Source: Candidatus Kapaibacterium sp. (GTDB lineage Bacteria; Bacteroidota; Ignavibacteria; Kapaibacteriales; UBA2268). Taken from it: a DNA stretch of 64,000 nucleotides. The translations under genes and the position numbers were made by a program. Where the stretch lies: contig OY762428.1 in the NCBI GenBank assembly GCA_963665665.1, forward strand, positions 5,376,001 to 5,440,000. The letters run 5' to 3'. The number at the start of each line of letters is the position of its first letter. Positions within the stretch are counted from its first letter, which is position 1. Shown piece by piece: positions 9,364 to 20,604 of the stretch. Under the pieces are notes generated by a model, which ran no database searches, was not told the DNA's origin, and saw only the letters and a program-made list of their open reading frames with translations.

Positions 9364-10632
9364 TCAATCGTTTAGTACAATTCTTGGAAAATCATCAAAG
9401 AATGAAGGATAAGATTTTGTAACTGATTCACTTCCGTTAATAGTAACCGGAGATTTAGCATTCAAAGCAGCCACAGCAAGTGCCATAGCTATCCTATGAT
9501 CTCCATGGGAATCAACTTCTCCTCCGCTCAGATCAGAGGGATAAATAAGCATATTATCATCTTTTATTTCTATTTTTCCTCCAAGTTTGGCAAATTCCTC
9601 TTGTAATGCCATTGCACGATTACTTTCCTTATGGATAAGCCGCCCCGCCCCTTTGATTACAGAAATGCCTTCACAATTAAATGCAAGCGCAACCAGAGGA
9701 GGAAACAGGTCGGGACAATCAGTGGCATCAAATTGAAAAGGATTCAATTCATACCTGGCAATTTTTAAAGAATTATTTTTAAAGCTAAAATTAGCCCCGG
9801 CAAGTTTCAGTACTCTGAGTATAGCTTTGTCTGCCTGGCTGGAGTTAATATCAAGCCCGTTTATTACCATATCCCCGGCTATTGCACCTGCCACAGCCAT
9901 AAATGCAGCTCCGCTCCAGTCAGCTTCCACTTTCATTTCCCCTGAAATATACTTTTGGCCACCGGGAATAAAATAACTATAGTTTTTATCAATGATATTA
10001 ATCGAGAATTTTTCCAATGTTCTGATTGTCATTTCAATATAAGGCTTACTTACAAGCCCGGATACTTCAATACTTGAATCATACCTGAGCAGAGGGAGGA
10101 AAGTAAGCAAACCACTTAAAAACTGTGATCCCTGAGAAGCATTTAATTTAAGGCCTGTTCCTGCTTCAGGCAAGCGTACTTTTTTCAAATAGAATGGCGG
10201 AAAACAGGCACTGTCGGAATAATCAATTCCTAAATTATTCAACACATTTATATCATAGTTTACCGGACGCTTTAAAAGGCTGCCATTGGCATTTACCCGG
10301 ATTTGTTCAGCTATATTAAGCGCCAGCAAAGGAAGCAATCTCATGCATAGGCCTGACTCGCCACAATCAATGGATAGGAATTCTGCAGAATTTTTTATTG
10401 GTGGAACAATTAATAAATGATTTTCGCCGATTTTTATTTCGGAACCAAGGCAGGAAGCAATATTCAGAGCGACGTTGATATCATCAGGCAAAAAATTCAA
10501 AGGCCCTGAAAAAGTAATTTCGGTGTTGTTCTCGGCAAGAATTGCCGATGCAATTAACCTGATAAAATGGCTTTTTGATATAGGTGCGTTTACCCTTCCT
10601 TTAACTGCACCGGGATATATATTGATCTTCAT
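9364..10632 (-). CDS. aroA: 3-phosphoshikimate 1-carboxyvinyltransferase (EPSP synthase)
   Basis: SKSHFIR, DCGESGLCMR, SQFLSG, HKESNR, DHRIAMA, KSYPSFF. Confidence 0.95.
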   Translation of the reverse strand: MKINIYPGAVKGRVNAPISKSHFIRLIASAILAENNTEITFSGPLNFLPDDINVALNIASCLGSEIKIGENHLLIVPPIKNSAEFLSIDCGESGLCMRLLPLLALNIAEQIRVNANGSLLKRPVNYDINVLNNLGIDYSDSACFPPFYLKKVRLPEAGTGLKLNASQGSQFLSGLLTFLPLLRYDSSIEVSGLVSKPYIEMTIRTLEKFSINIIDKNYSYFIPGGQKYISGEMKVEADWSGAAFMAVAGAIAGDMVINGLDINSSQADKAILRVLKLAGANFSFKNNSLKIARYELNPFQFDATDCPDLFPPLVALAFNCEGISVIKGAGRLIHKESNRAMALQEEFAKLGGKIEIKDDNMLIYPSDLSGGEVDSHGDHRIAMALAVAALNAKSPVTINGSESVTKSYPSFFDDFPRIVLND

Positions 10633-11017
10633 TTTCTTGCTTTTTTCGTATGATATCAGTTCATATTCTTGCAGTAATACTTACCCATACAATATAAGAT
10701 GATAAAAAAATATAATTATTTTATCTGACGGAATATTTGTCTAATTGTTACAATTTATTAGAATATTCCAAAGCCATTATCGTACATATTATCTGGATTA
10801 TGTTTCATTCGGGGTAGTATTAGCAAAAGATAAATTATTTTGATAATTTTGAAAATGAGATTTTAAAAAATATTTAGCAGGTTATTAATATTGAAATTTT
10901 TATAATTCGTTCGAATCGGATTGTTTCTTATTTCCTGCATAAAAAAGTTAAGACCTTTTTTAATTTATTGTGTTATTGTAAATAGGAAAAGATTTGTTAA
11001 GAAAAAACAGGAAAGTC

Positions 11018-12325
11018 ATGACCGGAAAAAGAAAAGTAATTCTGACATTTTTAATCTGTATAGCTGCTGTTTTAGCAGCAGCTGGCAATTCTTATGCTCA
11101 GGTAGATATTTGGTATGCCAACGGTGAAAAATATTATAACCAGGGAAATTACAATGAAGCGGAAAAATATTTTTCTATGACCCTTGATCACGACCCTAAC
11201 TACTTCCCTGCTGCCTATTTCAGAGGCATGTGCAAACTACTTACCGAAAGATTTGACCTTGCAATCGACGATTTCAGTATGGCAATAAATATCGATCCGT
11301 CGAAAGCAGACCCATACAATAATCGGGGCCTGGCACACGGATATATTGGTAATGTGGAAGCAGCCATTGCTGATTTTGATAAAGCAATTCAAATTGAACC
11401 TGATTTTACACAGGCATATCTGAACAGAGGAAGTGCATATAACGCCTGGTATAACTTTCCAAAAGCACTCGAGGATTTCACAAAGGTAATTCAGTTGGAT
11501 CCAAATAATCCGGCTACATATTATCAACGTGGCCTGATATTTTACAAACAGAAAAAGTTTAAAAAGGCAACCAGGGATTTTTCATCGGCAATTAATAAAG
11601 GATTGAAACACGCTAAGATTTATTTCAACAGGGCAAATTCTTACTTCAAGAGTAAGAAATATAAGGAAGCTGTTGCTGATTACACAGAATCACTAAAACT
11701 TGATCCTAAAGATACCGAAACCCTTAACAACAGGGCTATGGCCTACGAGGAGTGGGGCAAAAAAAGCCTGGCAAAAAAAGACAGAGACAAACTAAATGAA
11801 ATGGCAGGAGGAATTTTCCCTGACCTGAGTGATATTAAATTTAAAAAGTTTATTGATGATAAAAAACTTATGTGGATCAATATGCCTTCTGACTGGCACT
11901 TCCGCACAAGAAGTAACGGAGATGTTAGCGAATTCAAGATAACGCGCGATCAGCTCGATAATTATGATCAATCTTATTCCGTTGGATTATGGCTGCTAAG
12001 GACTGATAATATGTCCAAAAATTACAATGTAAAATCTGAAGCAGACCTTTATCAATTCTGGGAAAAAAATCTTGCTGAAAACGCACGTTATTATAAATCT
12101 TACGACATCTTTGAGCAGAAACAGTTCAGGCGCAACGGATACCAATGCTATCGAAATAAGGTAAGAATACTTATAGACGAATCCATGCTCCCAATCAGAG
12201 TTTATGAATTCGGCGCTATTCGTGGCGATGTACTTATTCTTGGTTATTTTCAGGCACCGGAAAGGCAATTCGGATACTATAAAAAGATATTCGATAAGGC
12301 ACTGGACACATTCTTTGCAAAATAG
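11018..12325 (+). CDS. Secreted tetratricopeptide-repeat protein with uncharacterised C-terminal domain
   Basis: Signal peptide followed by about 7 TPR units (AYFRG, PYNNRG, AYLNRG, TYYQRG, IYFNRA, TLNNRA). Confidence 0.85.
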   Translation: MTGKRKVILTFLICIAAVLAAAGNSYAQVDIWYANGEKYYNQGNYNEAEKYFSMTLDHDPNYFPAAYFRGMCKLLTERFDLAIDDFSMAINIDPSKADPYNNRGLAHGYIGNVEAAIADFDKAIQIEPDFTQAYLNRGSAYNAWYNFPKALEDFTKVIQLDPNNPATYYQRGLIFYKQKKFKKATRDFSSAINKGLKHAKIYFNRANSYFKSKKYKEAVADYTESLKLDPKDTETLNNRAMAYEEWGKKSLAKKDRDKLNEMAGGIFPDLSDIKFKKFIDDKKLMWINMPSDWHFRTRSNGDVSEFKITRDQLDNYDQSYSVGLWLLRTDNMSKNYNVKSEADLYQFWEKNLAENARYYKSYDIFEQKQFRRNGYQCYRNKVRILIDESMLPIRVYEFGAIRGDVLILGYFQAPERQFGYYKKIFDKALDTFFAK

Positions 12326-12337
12326 AGATCAAAGCAT

Positions 12338-12385
12338 AAAAAAAATTCCATCCGAAATAATGAATAAATCGGATGGAATTTTTTT
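12338..12385. terminator. Bidirectional terminator between convergent genes
   Basis: aaaaaaattccatccga ... tcggatggaatttttt. Confidence 0.75.
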
Positions 12386-12395
12386 ATAAATTTTA

Positions 12396-13625
12396 TTATT
12401 CGTATCTAAGAGCCTCGATGGGATCAAGTTTTGCAGCTTTCCAGGCCGGATAAGCGCCAAAAAGCACTCCTATTACCATACAGATCAGCAAGCTGATAAA
12501 AAACCATGTAAAAGAGAAATAAATATTCAAACCTACTGCCGAACTAAGGCCGCCACCGGCGATAACTCCCAATGCTATTCCAAAAAGTCCGCCAATCTGT
12601 GTTAGCGTAATAGATTCAACGATAAACTGCCCGAGAATCCAGGACCTTTTAGCCCCAACAGCTTTGCGAATACCTATCTCGCGGGTTCTTTCCTTTACTG
12701 AAACAAGCATCATATTCATAATGCCAACACCGGCAGCGATCAGGGCTATGAAGCCACAAACAAATCCGAAATAGGCCAGATAATTTGTAAATGTTGAAAA
12801 CTGGCTGCTTAATGATTCATTGGTTTCCACCTCGAATGAATTTTCCTGCCAGGGTTTTACATTTCTTATAGTCCGCAATGCGCCAATAGCTTCATCCATT
12901 GTGGGCATAAGGGCTTCCCTGCTCGGAGCTTTAACAATAATGGTCAATGATTCATTCCAACGGTTCCCGTGATATTTTAAGAACATAGGTATCGGAATTA
13001 TTAATTTATTGTCCTGGCTTTGCCCAAGTACAGCTCCTTTTTCCTCGAGTACTCCTATAACTTTGTATGCCTGATTGCCGATAATAATTTCCTTACCAAC
13101 AGGATTCAAAGCCGGAAAAAGCTTTACCTTAACATCATTGCCGATAATAACCACCTGTTTGTTCAACTCCAGATCTTCGCGTGTAAAAACCCTTCCGTCA
13201 GTAAGGTTATCCGCAGACAGGTTGAGATAATTTTCATCAGAACCGATAACCTGAACATCCGGATCAGTTGAAAAATTATCATATTTGATAGTTACTCCGC
13301 TGGTAGCGACAAATCCGCTGATCTTATCGGTAATTGTCATCCTGTCCTTCAATTCCTGATACTGGGAATAGCTGATAGCTTTTCTTTTACGATATTTCCT
13401 CCAGGTATTTCCCATCTGAATATTTGGAAGGCGCATGAAATAAAAAGTATTTTCCCCGATTTCATCAAGCTGTGCATCGATTGATTTGTTCATAGAATCA
13501 ATCAGGGTTCCGGCAAACATAATTGCAAAAACTCCTATAGCAACACTTATCAGTGTGAGAGATGCTCTCAGCTTGTAATCCTTAATCGAATTAAGGGCAA
13601 TTAAAATACTTTCAGTAATATTCAT
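12396..13625 (-). CDS. ABC transporter permease, MacB/FtsX family
   Basis: GIMNMMLVSVKERTREIGIRKAVGA; C-terminal AAKLDPIEALRYE. Confidence 0.92.
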   Translation of the reverse strand: MNITESILIALNSIKDYKLRASLTLISVAIGVFAIMFAGTLIDSMNKSIDAQLDEIGENTFYFMRLPNIQMGNTWRKYRKRKAISYSQYQELKDRMTITDKISGFVATSGVTIKYDNFSTDPDVQVIGSDENYLNLSADNLTDGRVFTREDLELNKQVVIIGNDVKVKLFPALNPVGKEIIIGNQAYKVIGVLEEKGAVLGQSQDNKLIIPIPMFLKYHGNRWNESLTIIVKAPSREALMPTMDEAIGALRTIRNVKPWQENSFEVETNESLSSQFSTFTNYLAYFGFVCGFIALIAAGVGIMNMMLVSVKERTREIGIRKAVGAKRSWILGQFIVESITLTQIGGLFGIALGVIAGGGLSSAVGLNIYFSFTWFFISLLICMVIGVLFGAYPAWKAAKLDPIEALRYE

Positions 13626-13646
13626 ATTTTAGCCTATTTTCCTTAA

Positions 13647-14900
13647 CTATTCGTAACGTAAAGCATCTACAGGATCCAGCTGCGCTGCCCTGTAGGCAGG
13701 GATCAGCCCTGCAAGCACACCGACAAAAACAGATACAAGAGTTGCGATAACAAACATATTTGCCGGCAGAATTTTCGGTAAGAAATCAATATCTTCCGAT
13801 AGCTGCTGAATTCCAAATGCAATAAATATCACTATGATAGAACATATAATAAACGATATCACAGCACCGAAAAAACAAAGGCTTACAGATTCCATAATAA
13901 ACTGAAATAGAATGGCTGACTTCTTAGCGCCAATGGCCTTTCTAATTCCGATTTCCTTGGTTCTTTCCGTAACCGAAACAAACATGATATTCATAATACC
14001 GATAATTCCAACAAGGAATGACAAAGCAGTAAAGCCAAGCCCTATTCCCCACACTATCTGCTGAAATGTTTCAATTGTCGCAGCAAAAGCTTTGGATTCA
14101 TTTATCGAAAAATCATCTTCATCAGCAGGATGAACATTTCTTATTTCACGCATTAAACCTCTTGTTTCGGCCCTTACCGGATCGAGGTTTGCTTCGTTCC
14201 CTGCTTTTACTGCAATTGAAATACTTCTGTCATGCTTTCCAAAATGTCCAATGAAGGTATTTAATGGTATAAAGCATAGATTATCAACAAAATCAACAAA
14301 AAGCATACCCCGCTTTTCAATAAATCCTATCACTGTATATTTACGTCCGCTGATTTTAATTTTCTTGCCAATTCCGTTTCCCTTAGGAAACAATGTCTCG
14401 TAAACTTTGAACCCGAGTACTACTACATTTTGATTATTAATATCCTCGAATTCAGAAAAAAAACGGCCTTCCTGAACAGCACCAGCCGGAGTCAGTGCAT
14501 AAGTTGCCCTTGTACCCTGAACACTCATTCCTTCGAAATTTTCGCCGTTATACTTTATTTTTGTTCCCCACTGCCTGGCAAGAGGGATGGCAAGTTCTGC
14601 GGATTTGATCCTTGATGCGAAATCCTCGGCCTGGTTCAGAGTAATATTTTTTCTTTGCCGTACTTCCTTCCAGCTTTTTCCACCGGCCCAGTCCCATTTA
14701 TCAACATAAAGCATGTCCACGCCGATAATATTGAATGTCTTATCAAGAACCAGGTCAAGGCCGTTCAGCATATAACCCATCAGTATAACAGTTGAGATGC
14801 CTATTACCACGCCAAAAGATGCCAGTATCGACCTGGATTTGTTAGCAAGAAGAGATTCAATCACCTGCCGCCAGTTTTCTATGATAGCAGAAAAATTCAT
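13647..14900 (-). CDS. ABC transporter permease, MacB/FtsX family
   Basis: GIMNIMFVSVTERTKEIGIRKAIGA; AAQLDPVDALRYE. Confidence 0.92.
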   Translation of the reverse strand: MNFSAIIENWRQVIESLLANKSRSILASFGVVIGISTVILMGYMLNGLDLVLDKTFNIIGVDMLYVDKWDWAGGKSWKEVRQRKNITLNQAEDFASRIKSAELAIPLARQWGTKIKYNGENFEGMSVQGTRATYALTPAGAVQEGRFFSEFEDINNQNVVVLGFKVYETLFPKGNGIGKKIKISGRKYTVIGFIEKRGMLFVDFVDNLCFIPLNTFIGHFGKHDRSISIAVKAGNEANLDPVRAETRGLMREIRNVHPADEDDFSINESKAFAATIETFQQIVWGIGLGFTALSFLVGIIGIMNIMFVSVTERTKEIGIRKAIGAKKSAILFQFIMESVSLCFFGAVISFIICSIIVIFIAFGIQQLSEDIDFLPKILPANMFVIATLVSVFVGVLAGLIPAYRAAQLDPVDALRYE

Positions 14901-14910
14901 TTATCGGCCT

Positions 14911-15645
14911 TTAATTTATATTCGCGGCTACTACCTGGTTTTCGTTTATCACATCACTTTCAATCAGACCGTCTCTAAGCCTGATTATCCTTTTAGCATG
15001 AAGAGCAATTTCTTCCTCATGAGTTACAAGGATCACCGTATTCCCGGCTTTCCAAAGCCTGTTGAATAGTGCCATTATTTCCTCTCCGGTTTTCGTATCA
15101 AGATTTCCCGTAGGCTCATCTGCCAATATTATTGCCGGGTTGGTAACAAGAGCTCTTGCAACAGCTACTCTCTGCCTCTGTCCACCGGACAGTTCGTTAG
15201 GTTTATGTGTCATCCTGTCGCCAAGGCCCACATCTGTTAATACCTTGGACGCCACATCATGCCTTTTCGATGCAGATACCCCGGAATAAACCAGCGGTAA
15301 TTCAACATTTTTCAGAGCTGTGGAACGTGCAAGCAGGTTGAAAGTCTGGAATACAAATCCTATCTCCCTGTTCCTGATAGAAGCGAGGTCATTATCAGTC
15401 ATCATTCCAACATTTTCCCCCTTGAAATGATAGTTGCCAAAAGTTGGAGTATCAAGACATCCAAGCAGGTTCATCAGGGTTGATTTACCTGATCCGGAAG
15501 GCCCCATTATCGCAACATATTCATTTGGAAAGAGTTTAAGGCTGACATCCCGGAGAGCAAAAACCTTTTCCTGCCCCATTTGATATATTTTGGCAATATT
15601 TTCAATATCAATAATTGGTGTTCCGTTATTACTGTTATCTGGCAT
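14911..15645 (-). CDS. ABC transporter ATP-binding protein (MacB/LolD-type)
   Basis: Walker A GPSGSGKS, signature LSGGQ, Walker [13 protein letters not shown]-loop VTHE. Confidence 0.95.
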   Translation of the reverse strand: MPDNSNNGTPIIDIENIAKIYQMGQEKVFALRDVSLKLFPNEYVAIMGPSGSGKSTLMNLLGCLDTPTFGNYHFKGENVGMMTDNDLASIRNREIGFVFQTFNLLARSTALKNVELPLVYSGVSASKRHDVASKVLTDVGLGDRMTHKPNELSGGQRQRVAVARALVTNPAIILADEPTGNLDTKTGEEIMALFNRLWKAGNTVILVTHEEEIALHAKRIIRLRDGLIESDVINENQVVAANIN

Positions 15646-15660
15646 TTTAATAATTCCGAT

Positions 15661-16944
15661 TTATTTAGTTTTATTTCCGTATTTTCTTCTGACAGAATCA
15701 ACCTGAATTTGTGAGCCGTCTTTCAGTTCCTTACTAATTGCCATGAAACTTCCACTGACAATAACATCTTTTTCTTTCAGGCCGTCAGTTATTTCAATAT
15801 AACCATCATCGCTAACGCCTGTTTTCACTTCAATCTGTTTTACTTTATTTTTGTCTTTCAAGAATACAACAGACGGCGGCCTTTGCTTTTTAAGGTTCTC
15901 GTTTTCTTCGTCAGCTTTGCTAAATCCACGCTCCTTATTATTAACATCCGGGCTGGATTTCTCCCTGACTGTAACTGCCTGAAGCGGCACGGCAAGAACT
16001 TCGTATCTTGTTTCTGTTTCAATTTCCACGCTACAGCTCATTCCCGGCCTGAGCCTGGCAGCAGGATTCACCAGCCGGATTTTAACTTCAAAGTTCGTTA
16101 CCTGATCCTGAGAACCTAATCCGGATACTTTTGCCGAATGCCCTATTTCAACAACGGTTCCTATGAATACGCTATCCTGAAAGGCATCTATTTCAATTTT
16201 TGCAGTATCGCCAATGTTAACCATCACAATGTCGTTCTCATCAACATCAACAACAGCGTTCATAACTGACAGGTCTGAAATTTTCATTATTTCAGTACCC
16301 TGCATCATTTCAGTACCAACAACTTTCTCGCCTTTTTCCATTGACAGGGATGTTACAATACCCTCGATAGGTGCAAAGATTGTTGTTCTTTCGGCAGAAC
16401 GTTCAATCTGCCTGAACGATGCCTTGGATTGTTCATATCTCGACAGGGATGCTTTATATGAAGATACAGCCTGATCATAAGCCGCCTTTGCCCTGTCAAA
16501 GTCCTGTTTTGAAATAAATTCTTTTTTATAAAGTTCAGTTAATCGTTTCAGATCGGCTCCGGATCGTTCCATTTCAGCCTTTCTGATTTCAATTTCCATT
16601 TTCGAGGCTTCGGAAGCAGCCTTTGAAGCTTCAAGCTGAGTTTCGATAATGTCCGGTTTAATTTTTACCAGAAGCTCGCCGGTTTTTACTGAATCACCTT
16701 CTTTAACACCAAGGTAAATTATTTCGCCGGAAGTTTCGGATGAAATTGCAACTTCTGTTTCGGGTTCTATCCTGCCTATTGCGGAAACAGTTTGAGTAAT
16801 AGTCCTTCTGTCAACTTCCGAAGTAGTTACGGATACTATACTGTTGTTCCCGGAGCTGATAACCCATGCCACAGCGAGAACCGCAAGAACAATGATTATT
16901 GAAATAATTAGTATCAGTCTCTTATTAGATTTTTTCCCACTCAT
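15661..16944 (-). CDS. Efflux periplasmic adaptor subunit (MacA/HlyD family)
   Basis: N-terminal TM, lipoyl half-motifs (VKEGDSVKTGELL, IFAPIEGIV), coiled coil, LRPGMS. Confidence 0.92.
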   Translation of the reverse strand: MSGKKSNKRLILIISIIIVLAVLAVAWVISSGNNSIVSVTTSEVDRRTITQTVSAIGRIEPETEVAISSETSGEIIYLGVKEGDSVKTGELLVKIKPDIIETQLEASKAASEASKMEIEIRKAEMERSGADLKRLTELYKKEFISKQDFDRAKAAYDQAVSSYKASLSRYEQSKASFRQIERSAERTTIFAPIEGIVTSLSMEKGEKVVGTEMMQGTEIMKISDLSVMNAVVDVDENDIVMVNIGDTAKIEIDAFQDSVFIGTVVEIGHSAKVSGLGSQDQVTNFEVKIRLVNPAARLRPGMSCSVEIETETRYEVLAVPLQAVTVREKSSPDVNNKERGFSKADEENENLKKQRPPSVVFLKDKNKVKQIEVKTGVSDDGYIEITDGLKEKDVIVSGSFMAISKELKDGSQIQVDSVRRKYGNKTK

Positions 16945-16952
16945 TAAAACAC

Positions 16953-17636
16953 CTATTTATTTTGAGTATTGTTAATATCGGATTGATGATAAACTGCCGT
17001 TCCTGCAATCATATCATGTATTGCCTGTCTTCTTTGACCCAACACGAAAAAACAACCAATTATTACTATCAGGTTCAAAAATGAAGAAGCAACATTGATA
17101 AAACTTAAAACAAGCAATAAGGCCAGGCCATCAAGAATATAATTGACATGTTTTACTACAAATCTAAGTAATAAATCTCTGGTTCTGGCTTCGGTTCTGT
17201 CATCCTTTGCAATCTTAATTCCGAGAATCATTTTTCCGGGAGTTCTTGCAAATACGATTTCAAGGGAATAGTAGATAATTGCCAGAACTATCAATAGTGG
17301 AGCAACCGAACGCTGAAAATCCTCCATCACATCCTGATTTACAATATCCTGCAATGTCAGGTATTGGAACTGGTCAACTATATCGAAAGCAAACATAAAA
17401 ATAAAAAGCAGCACCATGAAAAACAGGAAATCCAGAATATAGGCACCAAGCCTTTTGCCGAAACCTACCCGGAAGGGATAAGGCCCCTGGAAGGCCATTT
17501 GGTTCATCATCTGGAAATATTTTGCTTTCTCCTGTTCGTCCATTTCAGCAAAACAATCCCTGCAAATTCCGGGAACTGCATAATCTCTTTGATCTGCTAG
17601 TGTTTTACCGCATTTATCGCATTTATATTCCTGCAT
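16953..17636 (-). CDS. RDD family membrane protein with N-terminal zinc ribbon
   Basis: CDKC...CRDC; GFGKRLGAYILD, TPGKMILGIK, RQAIHDMIAGTAV. Confidence 0.88.
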   Translation of the reverse strand: MQEYKCDKCGKTLADQRDYAVPGICRDCFAEMDEQEKAKYFQMMNQMAFQGPYPFRVGFGKRLGAYILDFLFFMVLLFIFMFAFDIVDQFQYLTLQDIVNQDVMEDFQRSVAPLLIVLAIIYYSLEIVFARTPGKMILGIKIAKDDRTEARTRDLLLRFVVKHVNYILDGLALLLVLSFINVASSFLNLIVIIGCFFVLGQRRQAIHDMIAGTAVYHQSDINNTQNK

Positions 17637-17648
17637 TTTTTTCTCCGT

Positions 17649-18989
17649 TTACTCTAAGCCCATAAAATATTGAAGGGCTATCTTTGATAATAAATAATTA
17701 TAAACTGAATTCGTAAGGTTAAGTTGAGCATTCAAATAAGTTGTATTTGCCAGCACATAATCTGTAATATTAGAAGCTCCAACCTTAAACCTTTCGCTTA
17801 TACTTTCAAAATTCATCTCTGAACTTTTTAAAGCTTTGTTAGCTATTTCAAGTTGTTTTTCGCTTGCTTCGAGCGAAATGTATGCGCTTTTTATTGAAGA
17901 CATTACTTCTTTTTCCAGCTTTATTTTCTGGGTTTCTACTTCCGCGTATTGAAGTTTAGCGTTTTCTATAAGATAATTTGTTCTGAAATTGTTGAAAATC
18001 GGAACTGAAAGAGATAAACCAAGGTAGGCCCTTCCGTTATCAGGAATCTGATTCATCTCGGTGCCACTGGAATTCCAGCTTCCACTTGCATTTAAAGTTG
18101 GGTAATATGAGCTCTTTGCAGTACTTATCCCATCATCAGCAGCCAATTGGCTATAATCCAATGAAGTTAAATCAAGGCGATTTTTTAATCCTGTATTGAT
18201 ACATGAATTCAAACCGCCGATATCCTTGCGATATTCATCAACTTCTTCATTGGAAATCATCGCCGGAACACTTGATTCATCAAAATCAATATCAGATTCC
18301 GGATTAATATTCAGCAGAATTAAAAGTTCCGCCCTTGAGGTTTCAAAATTTCTTTGAGCATTTATTACATTCAATTCTTTATTACTAATTTCGGTTTCCT
18401 GTGTGTAAACATTTGTTACAGGTACAGTTCCAACCTCATATTGTGCCCTGATCATTTCAAGCTGTTTCCTGGAAGCATTCAAATCTTTCTCTCTCGTATT
18501 CACGATTTTCATATTTCGTACCACCTCGAAAAATTTAGATTTTACAAGGTATTCAGTCCTGAATATTGTTTGCTCGGTATTCAATTCTTCAGCTTTTAGC
18601 CTGTTCTTTGCGCCACTGTATGTTCCCTCACGGTTAAAACCATCAAAAATAACCCAAGAAAGTGAAGCCTGAACATTAAAAGAATTTGGTGTTTCACCGG
18701 GAAGGGTTATTGTCTGGCCTCCAACAGAAATATTTGAAGCACCTTCCACATTAAGTTTTCGTGAAAAACTTGAGTACAGATTAAGTGATGGCAAATAGTT
18801 GCCGAAACCATTCATTAGCCTTGCTTCGGCAGCAGCCATTTTTGATTCAGTCAGTTGAATGTCAGGATTGTTTTTACGGCTAATTTCAAGGCATTCGTCA
18901 AGAGTCAGAATCTTTCTTCCCGCCATAGTCTGAGCAAATGTTGTTGTTCCAAATAACAAAATTATTAATATTAATATCAGCTTTTTCAT
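17649..18989 (-). CDS. TolC-family outer membrane efflux protein
   Basis: Signal peptide; LTLDECLE..KNNPDI; two repeats with YLPSL/YYPTL and LSWVIFDG/LSVPIFNN. Confidence 0.9.
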   Translation of the reverse strand: MKKLILILIILLFGTTTFAQTMAGRKILTLDECLEISRKNNPDIQLTESKMAAAEARLMNGFGNYLPSLNLYSSFSRKLNVEGASNISVGGQTITLPGETPNSFNVQASLSWVIFDGFNREGTYSGAKNRLKAEELNTEQTIFRTEYLVKSKFFEVVRNMKIVNTREKDLNASRKQLEMIRAQYEVGTVPVTNVYTQETEISNKELNVINAQRNFETSRAELLILLNINPESDIDFDESSVPAMISNEEVDEYRKDIGGLNSCINTGLKNRLDLTSLDYSQLAADDGISTAKSSYYPTLNASGSWNSSGTEMNQIPDNGRAYLGLSLSVPIFNNFRTNYLIENAKLQYAEVETQKIKLEKEVMSSIKSAYISLEASEKQLEIANKALKSSEMNFESISERFKVGASNITDYVLANTTYLNAQLNLTNSVYNYLLSKIALQYFMGLE

Positions 18990-19122
18990 CAAAATCACCC
19001 AACGTTTTTCAAAGATACTTACTATACGGTAACAGGTATGAATAGTTACAATTCCACTTTAACCAAGTCAGCATGAAAATTAATAAAATTTCAAGACTAT
19101 TCAAATCTTAAATGCAATAAAT

Positions 19123-20604
19123 TTAAAATTTATAGTCCTTTACAGCAGATTTTCGTCCCCGTGAGTCAACAGCAATAAACTCAATAACACCCGAAAAATT
19201 TTCATCCACGGTAATTTCAAAAAACTGAAGCCATATAAATTTATCGGCATCCTTCTGGTCATGGCCGAATTTCTCCCGAACTACACCTTTGCCACTGGAC
19301 AATTCTATCTTACAGAAATTATCCGCCCCTCTTAACTTGCCGTAGGACCTTGTAGCAATTCTTATCTTGTTTTCTGAAATTTTCCATGTCCTGACTATTT
19401 CCGGCCCGGAGAAATCCTGTACTTCAATATTATAACTGTCAATAGTTTCATTATCCACAAGCCGGGTTAAAACAAATCTCTTACCTGTGTCCGCAAGCTG
19501 AGGTGTGAAATTTAATTTTCCTCTTTCGGTTTTGCTGACAACCCTGCTGCCCTGGGTCAGTTTCGCTAAGGTCTCCTTATCCTGGAGAAATGGCAGGTTA
19601 GTTTCAATAGAGTATTCAATCCCCGGATAAAGAATAGGATCGAATAGAGGTTTGCTCAGACGCGCAGGAATAACATTGAACTCTGTAGTAAATTCTTTGT
19701 TATCTGCATTACGTATAAAGCTCACAAGAACTTTAATATTACCGGTAAAAGGTGTAATCCCCGATAGAGAAATAGTGTTCTCGGTAAAATCACTGATAAT
19801 AGCAGAGCCGCCATTATTTTCTTTAGTTTGAATAACTTCAGTTTTCGGGAAGCCTTTTAATTGCTTTTTCAGGTTTATACCCGAAACCCAAACCTGATTA
19901 GACCATCTCCTTGAAGCAAGAGCTTTCAATGACACAGCCCAGGGCCTGAGGTTTACTTCTCCTACCGGATATACCGCTGTCTGGTTCAAACCTGTAGGAG
20001 CCTGATTGTCAATCACAATATCAGGTGATGCAGTCAGGCTGTCAATCGTAGAAAACGACTGGCCGGTTTCGTCATTAAGATGAATTACATTCAGGCTGAA
20101 ACGGGTTTTGGCATTAATTTTTCTTTGTTTTTCATTACTGATCCTGATCATTCCGGTAGCAGTCACGTTCACAATGTATGTTTTATTAACTTTTTCATCA
20201 AGAGGTGGTTTCCAATGGAATTCAGCAGCGCTTTGCCCTCCGATTTCTCTTATCCTGAAATATTTAGTAGAAGATCTTTCATCTGATTTTAGCACGATAT
20301 TCCTATTTATCGATTGATCTTCAACTGAAAATTCAAAAACAATATTTTGTGCATTTCCCGAATAAAAAATTGTATTAACAGAATCGATTGAAAATATTTT
20401 ATAATGGCCGGGATTTCCGGTAACTGTACAGTTCAATGTGGTTTTTTCAACATTCAGAACAAATTCCCGGGCAATTGACTGAACTTCCATGCTTTCCTCA
20501 TCCCGGATTTCATCGTCTTTTCCGGGCAATAAAAAGATAAGTGCTGCGAGATACAGCACAAAATAGATCTCTACAGAACCTTTTCTTTTAAGATTAGCCT
20601 TCAT
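19123..20604 (-). CDS. Single-pass membrane protein with large beta-rich periplasmic region, putative GldM/PorM-like
   Basis: N-terminal KRKGSVEIYFVLYLAALIFLL TM helix followed by beta-strand-rich sequence; overlaps the stop of the upstream GldL-like gene. Confidence 0.5.
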   Translation of the reverse strand: MKANLKRKGSVEIYFVLYLAALIFLLPGKDDEIRDEESMEVQSIAREFVLNVEKTTLNCTVTGNPGHYKIFSIDSVNTIFYSGNAQNIVFEFSVEDQSINRNIVLKSDERSSTKYFRIREIGGQSAAEFHWKPPLDEKVNKTYIVNVTATGMIRISNEKQRKINAKTRFSLNVIHLNDETGQSFSTIDSLTASPDIVIDNQAPTGLNQTAVYPVGEVNLRPWAVSLKALASRRWSNQVWVSGINLKKQLKGFPKTEVIQTKENNGGSAIISDFTENTISLSGITPFTGNIKVLVSFIRNADNKEFTTEFNVIPARLSKPLFDPILYPGIEYSIETNLPFLQDKETLAKLTQGSRVVSKTERGKLNFTPQLADTGKRFVLTRLVDNETIDSYNIEVQDFSGPEIVRTWKISENKIRIATRSYGKLRGADNFCKIELSSGKGVVREKFGHDQKDADKFIWLQFFEITVDENFSGVIEFIAVDSRGRKSAVKDYKF

